Origin: Lingula anatina
Lineage: Eukaryota; Animalia; Brachiopoda
NCBI GenBank assembly: GCA_051362555.1
Contig: CM120643.1
Coordinates: 1-64,000, forward strand
Direction of reading: 5' to 3'
DNA length: 64,000 nt
The notes under the pieces are model-generated. The model was not told the origin of the DNA, ran no database searches, and was given only the letters and a program-made list of their open reading frames with translations. The position numbers were made by a program, and so were the translations under genes. Positions 27,501-38,182 of this stretch are shown piece after piece. Every line of letters starts with the position of its first letter. Positions within the stretch are counted from its first letter, which is position 1.

Positions 27501-28814
27501 GACAGTGATGTCAGAGATCAGGCACAGTGATGTCAGGGATCAGGGACAGTGATGTCAGAGATCAGGGACAGTGATGTCAGAGATCAGGCACAGTGATGTC
27601 AGAGATCAGGGACAGTGATGTCAGAGATCAGGCACAGTGATGTCAGGGATCAGGGACAGTGATGTCAGGGATCAGGGACAGTGATGTCAGAGATCAGGGA
27701 CAGTGATGTCAGGGATCAGGGACAGTGATGTCAGGGATCAGGGACAGTGGTGTCAGAGATCAGGGACAGTGATGTCAGGGATCAGGGACAGTGATGTCAG
27801 GGATCAGGGACAGTGGTGTCAGAGATCAGGGACAGTGATGTCAGGGATCAGGGACAGTGGTGTCAGAGATCAGGGACAGTGATGTCAGGGATCAGGGACA
27901 GTGATGTCAGGGATCAGGGACAGTGATGTCAGGGATCAGGGACAGTGATGTCAGAGATCAGGGACAGTGGTGTCAGAGATTAGGGACAGTGATGTCAGGC
28001 CTAAGGAACAGTGATGTTAGGCCTAAGGAACAGTGATGTCAGGGATCAGGGACAGTGATGTCAGAGATCAGGGACAGTGGTGTCAGAGATCAGGGACAGT
28101 GATGTCAGGGATCAGGGACAGTGATGTCAGGGATCAGGGACAGTGGTGTCAGAGATCAGGGACAGTGATGTCAGGGATCAGGGACAGTGATGTCAGGGAT
28201 CAGGGACAGTGGTGTCAGAGATCAGGGACAGTGATGTCAGGGATCAGGGACAGTGATTAAATGTGTTGTTTAAAATATTGCTTTCTGCTAGTTGGCCAAC
28301 CAGACTTGTTCCAGATGCCTTCCAAAAATGGAGATAGTCAATCGACTAAAGTTGTACGCAAGTTTTAGAAACTGCAATGGTTATTAAAATTAAGACATAC
28401 CCGGTGTCCATCCGGAACAGTATAAAATTTGATATCATCATGTGACAATCATGTGACAAAGAAACACAAGTCTGATTGAACATCGTTATCAGTTATGGTG
28501 AGTACAGCAAAGTTCATTTGAGGTTACAGATTACTTTGTCGTACTTTTATCGTATTCAAATTGCCAAACGTAACCTTACGCAAGACCTATACAATCTGTG
28601 AGGCTTTCGTCAAAAGACAAAGGGTGCTATAGCAAGTCTCCAGGGATTTGAAACCTGTTGTAACAATTTGGAGAAGATTACTCCAACCAAAGGGAATGCC
28701 AAAAACCATGGTATCATTTAGTATAAAGGATAAAGATATCATCAACATACCTTGACAGCCGTAGAAAAAGACTCCAAACATGAGAACTATTACAGAAATG
28801 ACCAATCTCTCCAT
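14961..28814 (-). CDS. Type I membrane C-type lectin-domain receptor (signal peptide, 2 CTLDs, Ser-Gly repeat, S/T mucin stalk, TM, Tyr-motif tail), 551 aa, 9 exons
   Basis: Exons with GT/AG and consistent phases: 28814-28751, 27148-26876, 26415-26281, 25786-25535, 18838-18629, 18314-18012, 16607-16557, 15907-15829, 15249-14961. Total 1656 nt = 551 aa + stop. CTLD motifs CY...TWFDARKTC...GGHLASV, WLGG, WIGA, W.D..C....VC. TM AVVGGVTAVVMVVTILVIVIVVI followed by KRR. Confidence 0.9.
15872..16325 (-). repeat. 76-bp minisatellite made of the TM-exon splice acceptor plus first ~35 exon nt (6 copies)
   Basis: Minus-strand AG|GTG(C/T)TGTAGTGGG at + positions 15908, 15984, 16060, 16136, 16212, 16288. 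Confidence 0.93.
16643..17769. mobile_element. Foldback/long-TIR element with ~385-bp inverted arms around a ~320-bp spacer
   Basis: 16677-17062 is the reverse complement of ~17385-17769, giving the mirror ORFs 16666-16887(-) and 17557-17745(+). Left terminus has a 36-bp tandem duplication. Confidence 0.85.
19967..23643 (-). mobile_element. L2/CR1-group non-LTR retrotransposon (LINE), ~3.7 kb, (TTA)n 3' tail
   Basis: APE+RT ORF, AT-rich 3' UTR and (AAT)n tail at 19967-19994 on the + strand. The minisatellite resumes on both sides. Confidence 0.92.
20166..23426 (-). CDS. LINE ORF2: apurinic endonuclease + reverse transcriptase (1086 aa)
   Basis: APE motifs NCRS, ETW, GGGVAL, AGDMN, PTH...TLDLV, SDH. 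RT motifs YRPVS, LDLSAAFDTVDH, GVPQGSVLGP, YADD. L2-like C-terminus FKKELKTHLF. No stops. Confidence 0.95.
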   Translation of the reverse strand: MLQFLMLRTFMLYICSTLLIPDLPVTMCLGESRINDTIKHKYGRDHLLCIHAQRKYILPEHLWTLITDLNINRKIRGQRGGTSRRKPIKVIYSPNKESQIIPKTGLTHSQTGAQSKNLINVPLLDKNVVPLVKLALMNCRSVRNKEAIIRDYINENNTDIVCMVETWISPDIQQSVEASLIPTGYQCIQIPRTDRRGGGVALMAKNVFAIKQLPKVVETSSFEYIEVLARAISETLRILIIYRIPPSKANRIRKSSFLTEFSELLEYLGPLKGKLLIAGDMNLHWEKAENTETKQFTALLTSFGLVQHVTGPTHVRGHTLDLVLSREDDALVNNCVVSHLISDHHIIQADLQCGKPHPKKDKVSYRKIKDIDISELHNLVSTKIKELNLLNCDQNECVMYYDQILSQSLDQLAPLKAKAMVQRDLQPWINDDILAAKRDRRQAENLWRRSKLTIHHQRHKEECHRVNQLTKTAKETYYSEMIDACDGDQKALFTTVNSLMGKNKRVAHPPSTALKDLADSMGSFYIAKISKIYGELESLEQTVATPLHPPISNLLPKPSLLLTAFEEATEDEVTKIISRSKKTSCLLDPMPTTLLSQILPAIIGLITHIVNICFKTGNFPELFKSAIIRPLLKKPNLNAELLQNYRPVSNFSFLSKVVECVIATRLFNHLDANNLVEKMQSACKVNHSTESALLRIKNDLLCAVDSHSAVLLVLLDLSAAFDTVDHQVLLSFLEETVGIKDTALNLFRSYLTGRSQQVCVDGFLSELAQLVFGVPQGSVLGPLIFYIYTLPLGAILRFHEIGYHIYADDTQLYTSCNIRNPDSSITKIANCISDIRGWMIRNKLKINDEKTEFLVISQPHNKNIARSLSMSIGASMVQVSSHAKNLGVYFDSTLSMNRQISNVSKTCMFNIRNVGSLRKHLTDSTTATVIHALVTSRLDFCNSLLYGSSEEQIKRLQRVQNISARLLTRTPKDNHITPVLMMLHWLPVRARILFKLLTFVHAAFYKLAPSYLNELVLHYVPSRNLRSGDHLLLKAYKARLVSYGDKAFKFAAPKEWNILPISLRQIVDPGHFKKELKTHLFKQYYL
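24382..25000. mobile_element. Non-autonomous DNA element (Harbinger-like end) inserted in the 40-bp minisatellite
   Basis: Inverted repeat gtttcacaaagaatctaa (~24388) / ttagattctttgtgaaac (~24912), right end 'ttttgtgaaactggggcc'. Minisatellite flanks both sides. Confidence 0.6.
26600..26912 (-). repeat. 42-bp minisatellite made of lectin exon-2 3' end plus splice donor (7 copies)
   Basis: Minus-strand unit ...GCCAGTCAACACTGGGATAGCCATGGCTTAG|GTTAGT at a period of 42, from the real donor (26875) down to ~26623. Confidence 0.92.
27238..28257. repeat. 22-bp minisatellite (gtgatgtcagggatcagggaca), ~46 copies
   Basis: Direct tandem array in lectin intron 1. Confidence 0.96.
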
Positions 28815-29140
28815 GTTTATAAGTCAGTTAACAATATTACCAGACACGGTATCTTCTACCTGTACAGTTATTGGATTATAACCGTTCTATAATGTCGTAG
28901 TACAGAAGTACGGACAGCCTCTCCAAGTATATTTGTCTTTTAGAATTTACCAAAACTATCGATATGGGGGTTATTGTCACAGTTAATTTTCAAAATGGCA
29001 GTAAACAAACTCCTAGCTGTGCTTTTGTCCGTTTTGTGGACTTTAAATCAAATAAATATGCACACTGTAAACCACGCTCTGTTGCACGGTAACTCTCAGT
29101 ATGTTTCCTTGTACACATCCATGTCAACCATAAGTCTCTC

Positions 29141-29572
29141 CCTATGTCAGCAGTCTATGTGCTGGTATAAACACACGAGTACATATCCCTATGTCTGCCT
29201 GTCTATGTGCTGGTATAAACACACGAGTACATATCCCTATGTCTGCCTGTCTATGTGCTGGTATAAACACACGAGTACATATCCCTATGTCAGCCTGTCT
29301 ATGTGCTGGTATAAACACACGAGTACATATCCCTATGTCAGCCTGTCTATGTGCTGGTATAAACACACGAGTACATATCCCTATGTCAGCCTGTCTATGT
29401 GCTGGTATAAACACACGAGTACATATCCCTATGTCAGCCTGTCTATGTGCTGGTAAAAACACACGCGTACATATCCCTATGTCTGCCTGTCTATATGCTG
29501 GTATAAACACACGACTACATATCCCTATGTCTGCCTGTCTATGTGCTGGTAAAAACACGAGTACATATCCCC
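29141..29572. repeat. 48-bp minisatellite, ~9 copies, between the divergent lectin and P450 genes
   Basis: Unit cctatgtc(t/a)gcctgtctatgtgctggtataaacacacgagtacatatc. Confidence 0.96.
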
Positions 29573-30838
29573 ATCAGCGGCTGGAATGATAAACTAAGGG
29601 AGTGACTCATCTCCTCCTAAACTGTCCACCTTTTATTTCCCTGCTGCCATTCTTTCATATAGCTCAGTCACCTTTCATGCATTCTTGTCCTGTAACAATA
29701 ATCATATGGATCGAATTACATAATACCCTAGACGTCAGCAGTGGACGCAGCTTACTCAAAACAGGCCAATGTCTGCCCTTTAATGACCAACGCAGCGGAA
29801 CACATTCAGTGGTGGTAAACATAATCATTGAATGTTCATATATAACAATAGGCTTACTAAAGTGGACCAATACGTTATTTGTGGAGCCCGGCAACAGAAT
29901 ATATATATATATGGGAGATTGATTTCTATTACATCTAATTACGATCTGCACTGGAGAGACATCAATTAAGTTTTTCAAAACACTTTATGCCTTTCATACT
30001 GATGAGGTCCTGTTTTTTTTTCTCCTCGTTGTAAATACGACTCTCCCAGTCTACTAGTCAACTGCAGGGTGTTGTCATCTTTCAGACGGTGTAAAATGAT
30101 CAACACAACTTATGAATAATTTAGTATGTCTATAGATTTGGTATTCCCAAAATAGTCCTCCCGTTTAGTAGCTTTAACACTTCTATTGTAACTGGCCTGA
30201 TGCCGTAATATGCGATATTAGTCACTGACAGAGGTTAAGAAATCTCTGGACGTAAAAGTACCCATTGCAAGGTTAAAAGTTGCCCTAAGAATTATACATT
30301 ACAGACTTGGTAATTCCACGGCGTTTTGATCCTCGCAAAGGTTTCAGAAATTTGGGCCCGGGAAGTAATTAATAGTAATATATAAAATAAATAGTAATAT
30401 ACAAATAAAATCCTTCCTTAGTATTTCTTCCCTTTTTCCCTACGTTCAGTTTCTCTTTGACTGATTGATAACCGTAATTCTTTGCTGGTTGTCCAATTTC
30501 GAGTACAGTTTATAGTTGTAGCAATCATGTATTATTAGCAGTTTGAAGAGAACTATCACAACCAAGTCGCTATTTTTCAATTGCGGCTCAACGTAAACTT
30601 CATAAAAGTGCATTAATACAGCTGGTCATTTACATCCATAGCACAGAAGGTGTCTTTTGCGAGGTACATGTAGTATTTACTAGTACTCAAAGGGGCGCAT
30701 GTGCAGTAAGGCGTACTGTGTCCACAGCTAAGGGTATCTCCGTGACCTACATGTACGTACAAATAGCGTATCAGAGGTAAAGGATCAGCTCACTCTGTTA
30801 GGACATTTTACATAGCGTATCAGAAGTAGAGGATCGAC

Positions 30839-33800
30839 ATGGATGACACACTTGATTTAGTTGGAGAATTGTTTTCATACCTCACTCTCCGATCTGTACT
30901 CATCTTCGTGACAGTATTCCTTGGCACTTATATTACAACCCATGGGCGCCGAGAGAAGAGGCGGAACCTGCCCCCTGGGCCATGGGGGCTGCCAGTCCTC
31001 GGGTGTCTCCCGTTCCTGGGGTCAAAGGCACACGTAGTGTTAACAAACTGGTCCAAGAAGTACGGAGATGTGTTTCTGGTCAATTTTGGCATGGTCCCAG
31101 TAGTGGTTTTAAACGGGTTTGACACAATTAGGGACGCTCTCGTGAAGCAGGGGGCAGAGTTTGCTGGCAGGCCGGATCTGTTTACCTTTCGAACGCCGCC
31201 TCACATCCCCCTTACGTACAAAGGTCAGTCAGATATACAGTGTGTGTGGTGTTAGGTCACGTACGTTATGCTTATTAATAGAGAGTTTCGGCAGGACGTT
31301 AAACGTGTACGTGTACGTATGAGTCATGTCGTTTACGTTCCCGTACAAGCAGTGCCCCACTTTTCGCTTCGGCTCTTCGTGAACGTGGTGTTTGTACTTG
31401 CAGCTGTGGTGGAGCTGTTACAGATTTTTTTAATGTACACCCTTCAACATTGGAGGAATATTTATATCAAAGAAGAAACTAAACATAATAAATATATCAT
31501 ATCTCTATTTTTTTATGTTGTGTAGTATAGGATAAAAAAAGCAAATAAAGAAGCTAACACTTGTATATGGTTGTAATTTTTTTATTTACAACTTAGAATA
31601 TTGTAACATTATTGAGCAATGACAATTTTAACAGTATTAACAAAACTGAAAAAGATTAAGAAATATGGGCCATTTTTGGAGCTTTTTGTTCAAAACAAAA
31701 ATAAGAGCATTTTTTCCGTAGCAGCTTTCGACAATAAGTAACAGTAAAGAATAATAGAACAGTGCAATATGCTATAAATTGCATATGGTTGATATTTATC
31801 TATTTACAATATGGACACGACATAAAGTTCTACATAAAGATGAAAGTAATGAACAAAAAAATATTCAATTTGAAAGCTTAGCGATATAAATAACTTGATT
31901 TAATCACAGACATTTTCATTGTAGAAAGCAAGTGCTATATGGAGTCTCGGTCATTGCATACAAGAGGAATTTTTAAAGAAAACCTGACAACGCAAAGAGC
32001 ACCTCTGTAAAAACTCTTTTTTTCCCTTCAATTAGCCATGTAACTCAAAATTATTGAGATAAAAAATATATTGAATGGTTAATCTTGCTATGATAATAAA
32101 AATGATATAAAGAAAAATGATTTTTTCTACACTTAAAGAGCAGTTAAAAACTCACGTTCTTCACTTACGCGTAAACAGGATCCTTCACGTTCAGAACGCA
32201 CGCAAGCAGAGATCGTACGTGACAAAACTGTCAAAAGTCGTAACGCAGAAGGCAACAACCTACTACGTCACACGTAAACGTACACACTTAACGTCCTGCC
32301 GAAACTCTCTTATTGTAAACACTTTACGGGAGTAGGAATTACACTGCACCAATGACCCTGGTGTGACCTTGGGTATACATGGAGTGGCGTTGTTTTTTTT
32401 TTTTTTTTTCTATTTACCAAATGTTCATATGTCCAGTTGTGATATAAGAAAGTCCAATAATTGTTGCAGACAGCAGGTGAACAATAGCATGGAGGGACGA
32501 CAACTGACTCTTTATTGCATGTTGCCCCCACCCCGTCCCCCAACCCCCCAAAAAGAGAAAATGTTAATGAAAATGAAATCGAAAAAATACAGTTTTGTAC
32601 GGGGTTGATATAACTGCACTTTAGTGTGTATAAGCTAGGGCACAACACTGTAAATGTAAGAGTTCACACTTTGATTAATATATGAGTATTTTTTTGTGTG
32701 TAACTTGTAAGGTTTGGTCTTCTAGAAATATTGTTTGATGTATCATAGCCTAAGCTTATTTGTGTACAGTATTTTAAACTGAAAACATCTTTATTTCTAG
32801 GCATCTTAATAGAAACGTACTCACAGCAACTTATAGAAAGACGCCGGTTTTCTCTGCGCGTTCTACGAGACCTTGGCGTTGGCAAAGTGAATCTCGAGAG
32901 CACAATAATCAACGCGGAGCTGAAGGAGTTGCACGAGGCCCTGGCATTGACCAATGGGACCCCCACGGATGTTTTCCCGATGTTACGCGATGCAATAGCC
33001 AACGTCACATTCGGCATAACATTTGGATCCCGCTTTCAACATAACGATCCAGAGTTTAGGGGTATTCTGGACACCGTAAACCAAAACTTTGAACTAAATC
33101 AAAAGTTGGCTTTGAACAACTTTGTACCATTTTTACAAAATTTTCCATCACCTTCCCTGAGACAGTACCAACGAAATCAAGAGTATTTGGTGGGGTTACT
33201 TTTGAAATGGAATGCAGAACAGAAACAAAAATATAACCCCAAGGAGACCAAGTCATTCGTGGATGCATACAGACATGAAGTGGTGAAACATGAGGCGAGA
33301 TCTGAGGAAACAGCGGGTGGCGGAGTGAAGATGGCCGGACCCCCTACTAACCCAGAGACCATCTTTACTGAGAACCAGATCACCTCAGTTACTATTGACT
33401 TGTTCTTTGCAGGTGGCGAGACAGTCACCACTACCCTGAGATGGGGGTTGTTGTACATGGCGCTATACCCAGATGTACAGCGGAAAGTACAGCAGGAAAT
33501 ACGCTCTGTTCTTGGCGAGGACGAACAGCCGAGCATCACCCACAAAACCTCTCTGCCCTATACGGAGGCAACCATCATGGAAATACAGCGCTTGAACTAC
33601 ATAGTACCCCTAGGGGTGCCCCACTGTACGACATCAGACGTCAGTTTCCATGGTTACTCCATTCCTCGTGACACCATGGTGATCGTTAACATGTGGTCCG
33701 TCATGATGGATCCCAGTCGCTGGCCAGAGCCTGAGATATTTGACCCTCGGAGACATATAGACCAGAATGGAAGGATTGTCAAAAAAGATGATTTCATTCC

Positions 33801-34155
33801 CTTTTCAATGGGTAATCATATTTTCCTATTATTTCATCCCTCTTTTTTATAATCATTTTCTATTATTTTTTTTGTTACTGCAAAGTAAATAAAATCCATG
33901 GCACTACTAGTACAAGTTAAATTTCTATCAATCTATTCACTGATGTAGTCATGTTTATTTTTAGGGAAGCGTACGTGTCTGGGGGAGCAGTTAGGAAAGA
34001 TGGAATTGTTCCTGTTCTTTACCTCCCTTATGCAAAGATTTAGTTTTCATCTACCAGAAAATACCCCCCCTCCAAAACTGGAGGGCAAGTTGGGGTCCAC
34101 GTACGTCCCCCCGGATTACGAGCTCTGTGTCACCCTGCTGCCCTCTACCGGGTAA
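30839..34155 (+). CDS. Cytochrome P450, clan 2 (CYP2-like), 528 aa, 3 exons
   Basis: Exons 30839-31223, 32801-33811, 33965-34155 (1587 nt, both introns phase 1). N-terminal anchor, PPGPWGLP, I-helix DLFFAGGETVTTTL, K-helix EIQR, meander PEIFDP, heme motif FSMGKRTCLG. Confidence 0.95.
31280..32310. mobile_element. ~1.03 kb non-autonomous DNA transposon in P450 intron 1
   Basis: Perfect 23-bp TIRs AGAGAGTTTCGGCAGGACGTTAA / TTAACGTCCTGCCGAAACTCTCT. Flanks AAT / TAT. Confidence 0.85.
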
Positions 34156-34335
34156 TTGTCTGCGCCTGTGGGCTCTCATGGTGTCTGCGACTGCTGCCCT
34201 CTACCGGGTAATTGTCTGCTGCTGTAGACTCTCATGGTGTCTGCAACTGCTGCCTCTAACGGGAAATTGTCTGCGCCTGTAGACTCTCATAGTGTCTGCG
34301 ACTGCTGCCATCTACCGGGAAATTATCTGTGTGCT
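34127..34335 (+). repeat. 56-bp tandem repeat of the P450 final codons, stop and start of 3' UTR (~4 copies)
   Basis: ctgctgccctctaccgggtaattgtctg at 34135 (real stop) and 34191, degenerate at ~34247 and ~34302. Confidence 0.85.
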
Positions 34336-34449
34336 CTCTTGGTATCTGTGCATCTTTCCACAATGACACATCGGTTATTTTTCTGTTATAATAAAATCCA
34401 CGACCACTTTATATATATCATTTTAACGTGTTGCGTTTTCATTAATTCC

Positions 34450-36127
34450 TGTTTTTATATCTATATTTGGCTGCGGTCACTTGTTGGCTGGGTTTAATAT
34501 CACAGTGTGACCCACAGTGTTTTATATCTATATTTGACTGCGGTCACTAGTTGGCTGGGTTTAATATCACAGTGTGACCCACAGTGTTTTATATCTATAT
34601 TTGGCTGTAGTCACTAGTTGGCTGGGTTTAATATCACAGTGTGACCCACAGTGTTTTATATCTATATTTGGCTGCAGTCACTAGTTGGCTGGGTTTAATA
34701 TCACAGTGTGACCCACAGTGTTTTATATCTATATTTGGCTGCAGTCACTAGTTGGCTGGGTGTTATATCACAGTGTGACCCACAGTGTTTTATATCTATA
34801 TTTGGCTGTGGTCACTAGTTGGCTGGGTTTAATATCACAGTGTGACCCACAGTGTTTTTATATCTATATTTGGCTGTGGTCACTAGTTGGCTGGGTTTAA
34901 TATCACAGTGTGACCCACAGTGTTTTATATCTATATTTGGCAGTGGTCACTAGTTGGCTGGGTTTAATATCACAGTGTGACCCACAGTGTTTTATATCTA
35001 TATTTGGCTGCGGTCACTTGGCTGGGTTTAATATCACAGTGTGACCCACAGTGTTTTATATCTATATTTGGCTGTAGTCACTAGTTGGCTGGGTTTAATA
35101 TCACAGTGTGACCCACAGTGTTTTTATATCTATATTTGGCTGTAGTCACTAGTTGGCTGGGTTTAATATCACAGTGTGACCCACAGTGTTTTTATATCTA
35201 TATTTGGCTGTAGTCACTAGTTGGCTGGGTTTAAAATCACAGTGTGACCCACAGTGTTTTATATCTATATTTGTCTGTAGTCACTAGTTGGCTGGGTTTA
35301 ATATAACGGTATGACCCACAGTGTTTTATATCTATATTTGGCTGCAGTCACTAGTTGGCTGGGTTTTATATCACAGTGTGACCCACAGTGTTTTATATCT
35401 ATATTTGGCTGCGTTCACTACTTGGCTGGGTTTAATATCACAGCGTGACCCACAGTGTTTTATATCTATATTTGGCTGTAGTCACTAGTTGGCTGGGTTT
35501 AATATAACGGTATGACCCACAGTGTTTTATATCTATATTTGGCTGCGGTCACTTGGCTGGGTTTAATATCACAGCGTGACCCACAGTGTTTTATATCTAT
35601 ATTTGGCTGCAGTCACTAGTTGGCTGGGTTTAATATAACGGTGTGACCCACAGTGTTTTATATCTATATTTGGCTGTAGTCACTAGTTGGCTGGGTTTTA
35701 TATCACAGCGTGACCCACAGTGTTTTATATCTATATTTGGCTGCGGTCACTAGTTGGCTGGGTTTAATATAACGGTGTGACCCACAGTGTTTTATATCTA
35801 TATTTGGCTGCGGTCACTAGTTGGCTGGGTTTAATATAACGGTGTGACCCACAGTGTTTTATATCTATATTTGGCTGCGGTCACTAGTTGGCTGGGTTTA
35901 ATATAACGGTGTGACCCACAGTGTTTTATATCTATATTTGGCTGCGGTCACTAGTTGGCTGGGTTTAATATAACGGTGTGACCCACAGTGTTTTATATCT
36001 ATATTTGGCTGCGGTCACTAGTTGGCTGGGTTTAATATCACAGCGTGACCCACAGTGTTTTATATCTATATTTGACTGCGGTCACTTGTTGGCTGGGATT
36101 TATATCACAGCGTGACCCACAGTGTTT
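34450..36127. repeat. 67-bp minisatellite, ~25 copies
   Basis: Unit cacagtgttttatatctatatttggctgcggtcactagttggctgggtttaatatcacagtgtgacc. Confidence 0.97.
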
Positions 36128-36405
36128 CATTAAACAAACACAATCCTTTGCCTCATTAATTACGGGTAAAACCAGAAGTAAGCGTTTTAAGAAAATCACC
36201 TGGCCCCAGATGACATTACTGCTGCTGGGACTCACTAACGCTAAAACGGTGGTGATAGCTATTTAGGTGGGAAGGGAGGTGTTGGAAAGTGAAATTACAC
36301 TACAAAACACAGTTGCTTCATTGTACATCATCAGCTTCCCGATGTTCAATGTGACAGCACTATCTCATAAAATGGCTGCTTATTTCCATATTATCTTGGC
36401 AGTAA

Positions 36406-36642
36406 AGCCTAGATTATATTTTCACGGGCGCCGTGCGATGGAATTGTCCGGACGATTTTTTTTTTTTTGAAATATTAAGGGGCTACGCCGCGTATGACAT
36501 TATTATATCGCCTTAAATCAGTACGATTCCGTGCGATTTCGTACGGCCACCGTCTACCTCCGCTCATACGCCGTACGAAAAGGGTAAAACGGACAGTGTA
36601 CGTGCGCCGTACGGGCATCGCATTTCAAATGTAATCTAGGCT
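36406..36642. mobile_element. MITE (Harbinger-like), ~240 bp
   Basis: TIR AGCCTAGATTATATTT / AAATGTAATCTAGGCT with TAA/TTA flanks and internal ccgtacg repeats. Confidence 0.7.
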
Positions 36643-37154
36643 TTAATGAAAAAAGTCTAACGTAACCAACCCCGTTAACACGTGCAGACGCGCGTGGGTT
36701 GTAAGTCATTAAAGCAACGAAGGGAGTTTGTGCTTTAACAAGTTTGTTCTTATTACACTAAACTTAACTTAGTATTTCGTATAAAAGAAATGAAAATAGG
36801 CTATTTTGCCAAATGTAGGCCTTTTTAAATTTCTAACGCCCTTAAGGCACCATCTGTTTTCCTTTGTGATAAAAATATATTTCTGTAAATGTCAAAATTA
36901 AGACAGGTGAACCAATTCATGGTTCAACTTGCTGATTTCCCGTCATTTCATATAGTCGGTGGTAGTTTATATTAGTATGTAGTAGTTATACTTAGTGTTT
37001 CTGCTATATCGCCCCCTAAGCATCCCAATACCGACGCTTAGTCTTATCAAACGAGTGTGGCAGTTGACATTTGAAGAATTTAAGATTTTCCTGTCATTCT
37101 TGACAACCCATATTAACGTTTGCGAAATGTTTCTGATGATTTATGGATTTAGAT

Positions 37155-38182
37155 TTATAGAGCCCTTACCGTACTTGTAGGGTGGTTTGTCAGGTAAGAC
37201 AGGTGATATTATAGAGCCCTAACCGTACTTGTAGGGTGGTTTGTCAGATAAGACAGGTGTTATTATAGAGCCCTTACCGTACTTGTAGGGTGGTTTGTCA
37301 GGTAAAACAGGTGATATTATAGAGCCCTTACCGTACTTGTAGGGTGGTTTGTCAGGTAAGACAGGTGATATTATAGAGCCCTTACCGTACTTGTAGGGAG
37401 GTTTGTCAGGTAAAACAGGTGATATTATAGAGCCCTTACCGTACTTGTAGGGTGGTTTGTCAGGTAAGACAGGTGATATTATAGAGCCCTTACCGTACTT
37501 GTAGGGTGGTTTGTCAGGTAAGACAGGTGATATTATAGAGCCCTTACCGTACTTGTAGGGTGGTTTGTCAGGTAAGACAGGTGATATTATAGAGCCCTTA
37601 CCGTACTTGTAGGGTGGTTTGTCAGGTAAAACAGGTGATATTATAGAGCCCTTACCGTACTTGTAGGGTGGTTTGTCAGGTAAGACAGGTGATATTATAG
37701 AGCCCTTACCGTACTTGTAGGGAGGTTTGTCAGGTAAGACAGGTGATATTATAGAGCCCTTACCGTACTTGTAGGGAGGTTTGTCAGGTAAGACAGGTGA
37801 TATTATAGAGCCCTTACCGTACTTGTAGGGTGGTTTGTCAGGTAAGACAGGTGATATTATAGAGCCCTTACCGTACTTGTAGGGTGGTTTGTCAGGTAAG
37901 ACAGGTGATATTATAGAGCCCTTACCGTACTTGTAGGGTGGTTTGTCAGGTAAAACAGGTGATATTATAGAGCCCTTACCGTACTTGTAGGGTGGTTTGT
38001 CAGGTAAGACAGGTGATATTATAGAGCCCTTACCGTACTTGTAGGGAGGTTTGTCAGGTAAGACAGGTGATATTATAGAGCCCTTACCGTACTTGTAGGG
38101 AGGTTTGTCAGGTAAGACAGGTGATATTATAGAGCCCTTACCGTACTTGTAGGGGGTTTTGTCAGGTAAGACAGGTGATATT
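37155..38182. repeat. 54-bp minisatellite, ~19 copies, containing donor-like GTAAG on both strands
   Basis: Unit ttatagagcccttaccgtacttgtagggtggtttgtcaggtaagacaggtgata. Confidence 0.97.

Noticed and set aside
18955-28257. 40-bp and 22-bp arrays as splice-site-derived
   Set aside because: They do not overlap any modelled exon boundary; the gtgagt in the 40-bp unit is antisense to the host gene. They show that not all arrays are junction-seeded.
28974-29589. Repetitive ORFs in three frames
   Set aside because: Translations of the 48-bp minisatellite on both strands, with no splice or domain support.
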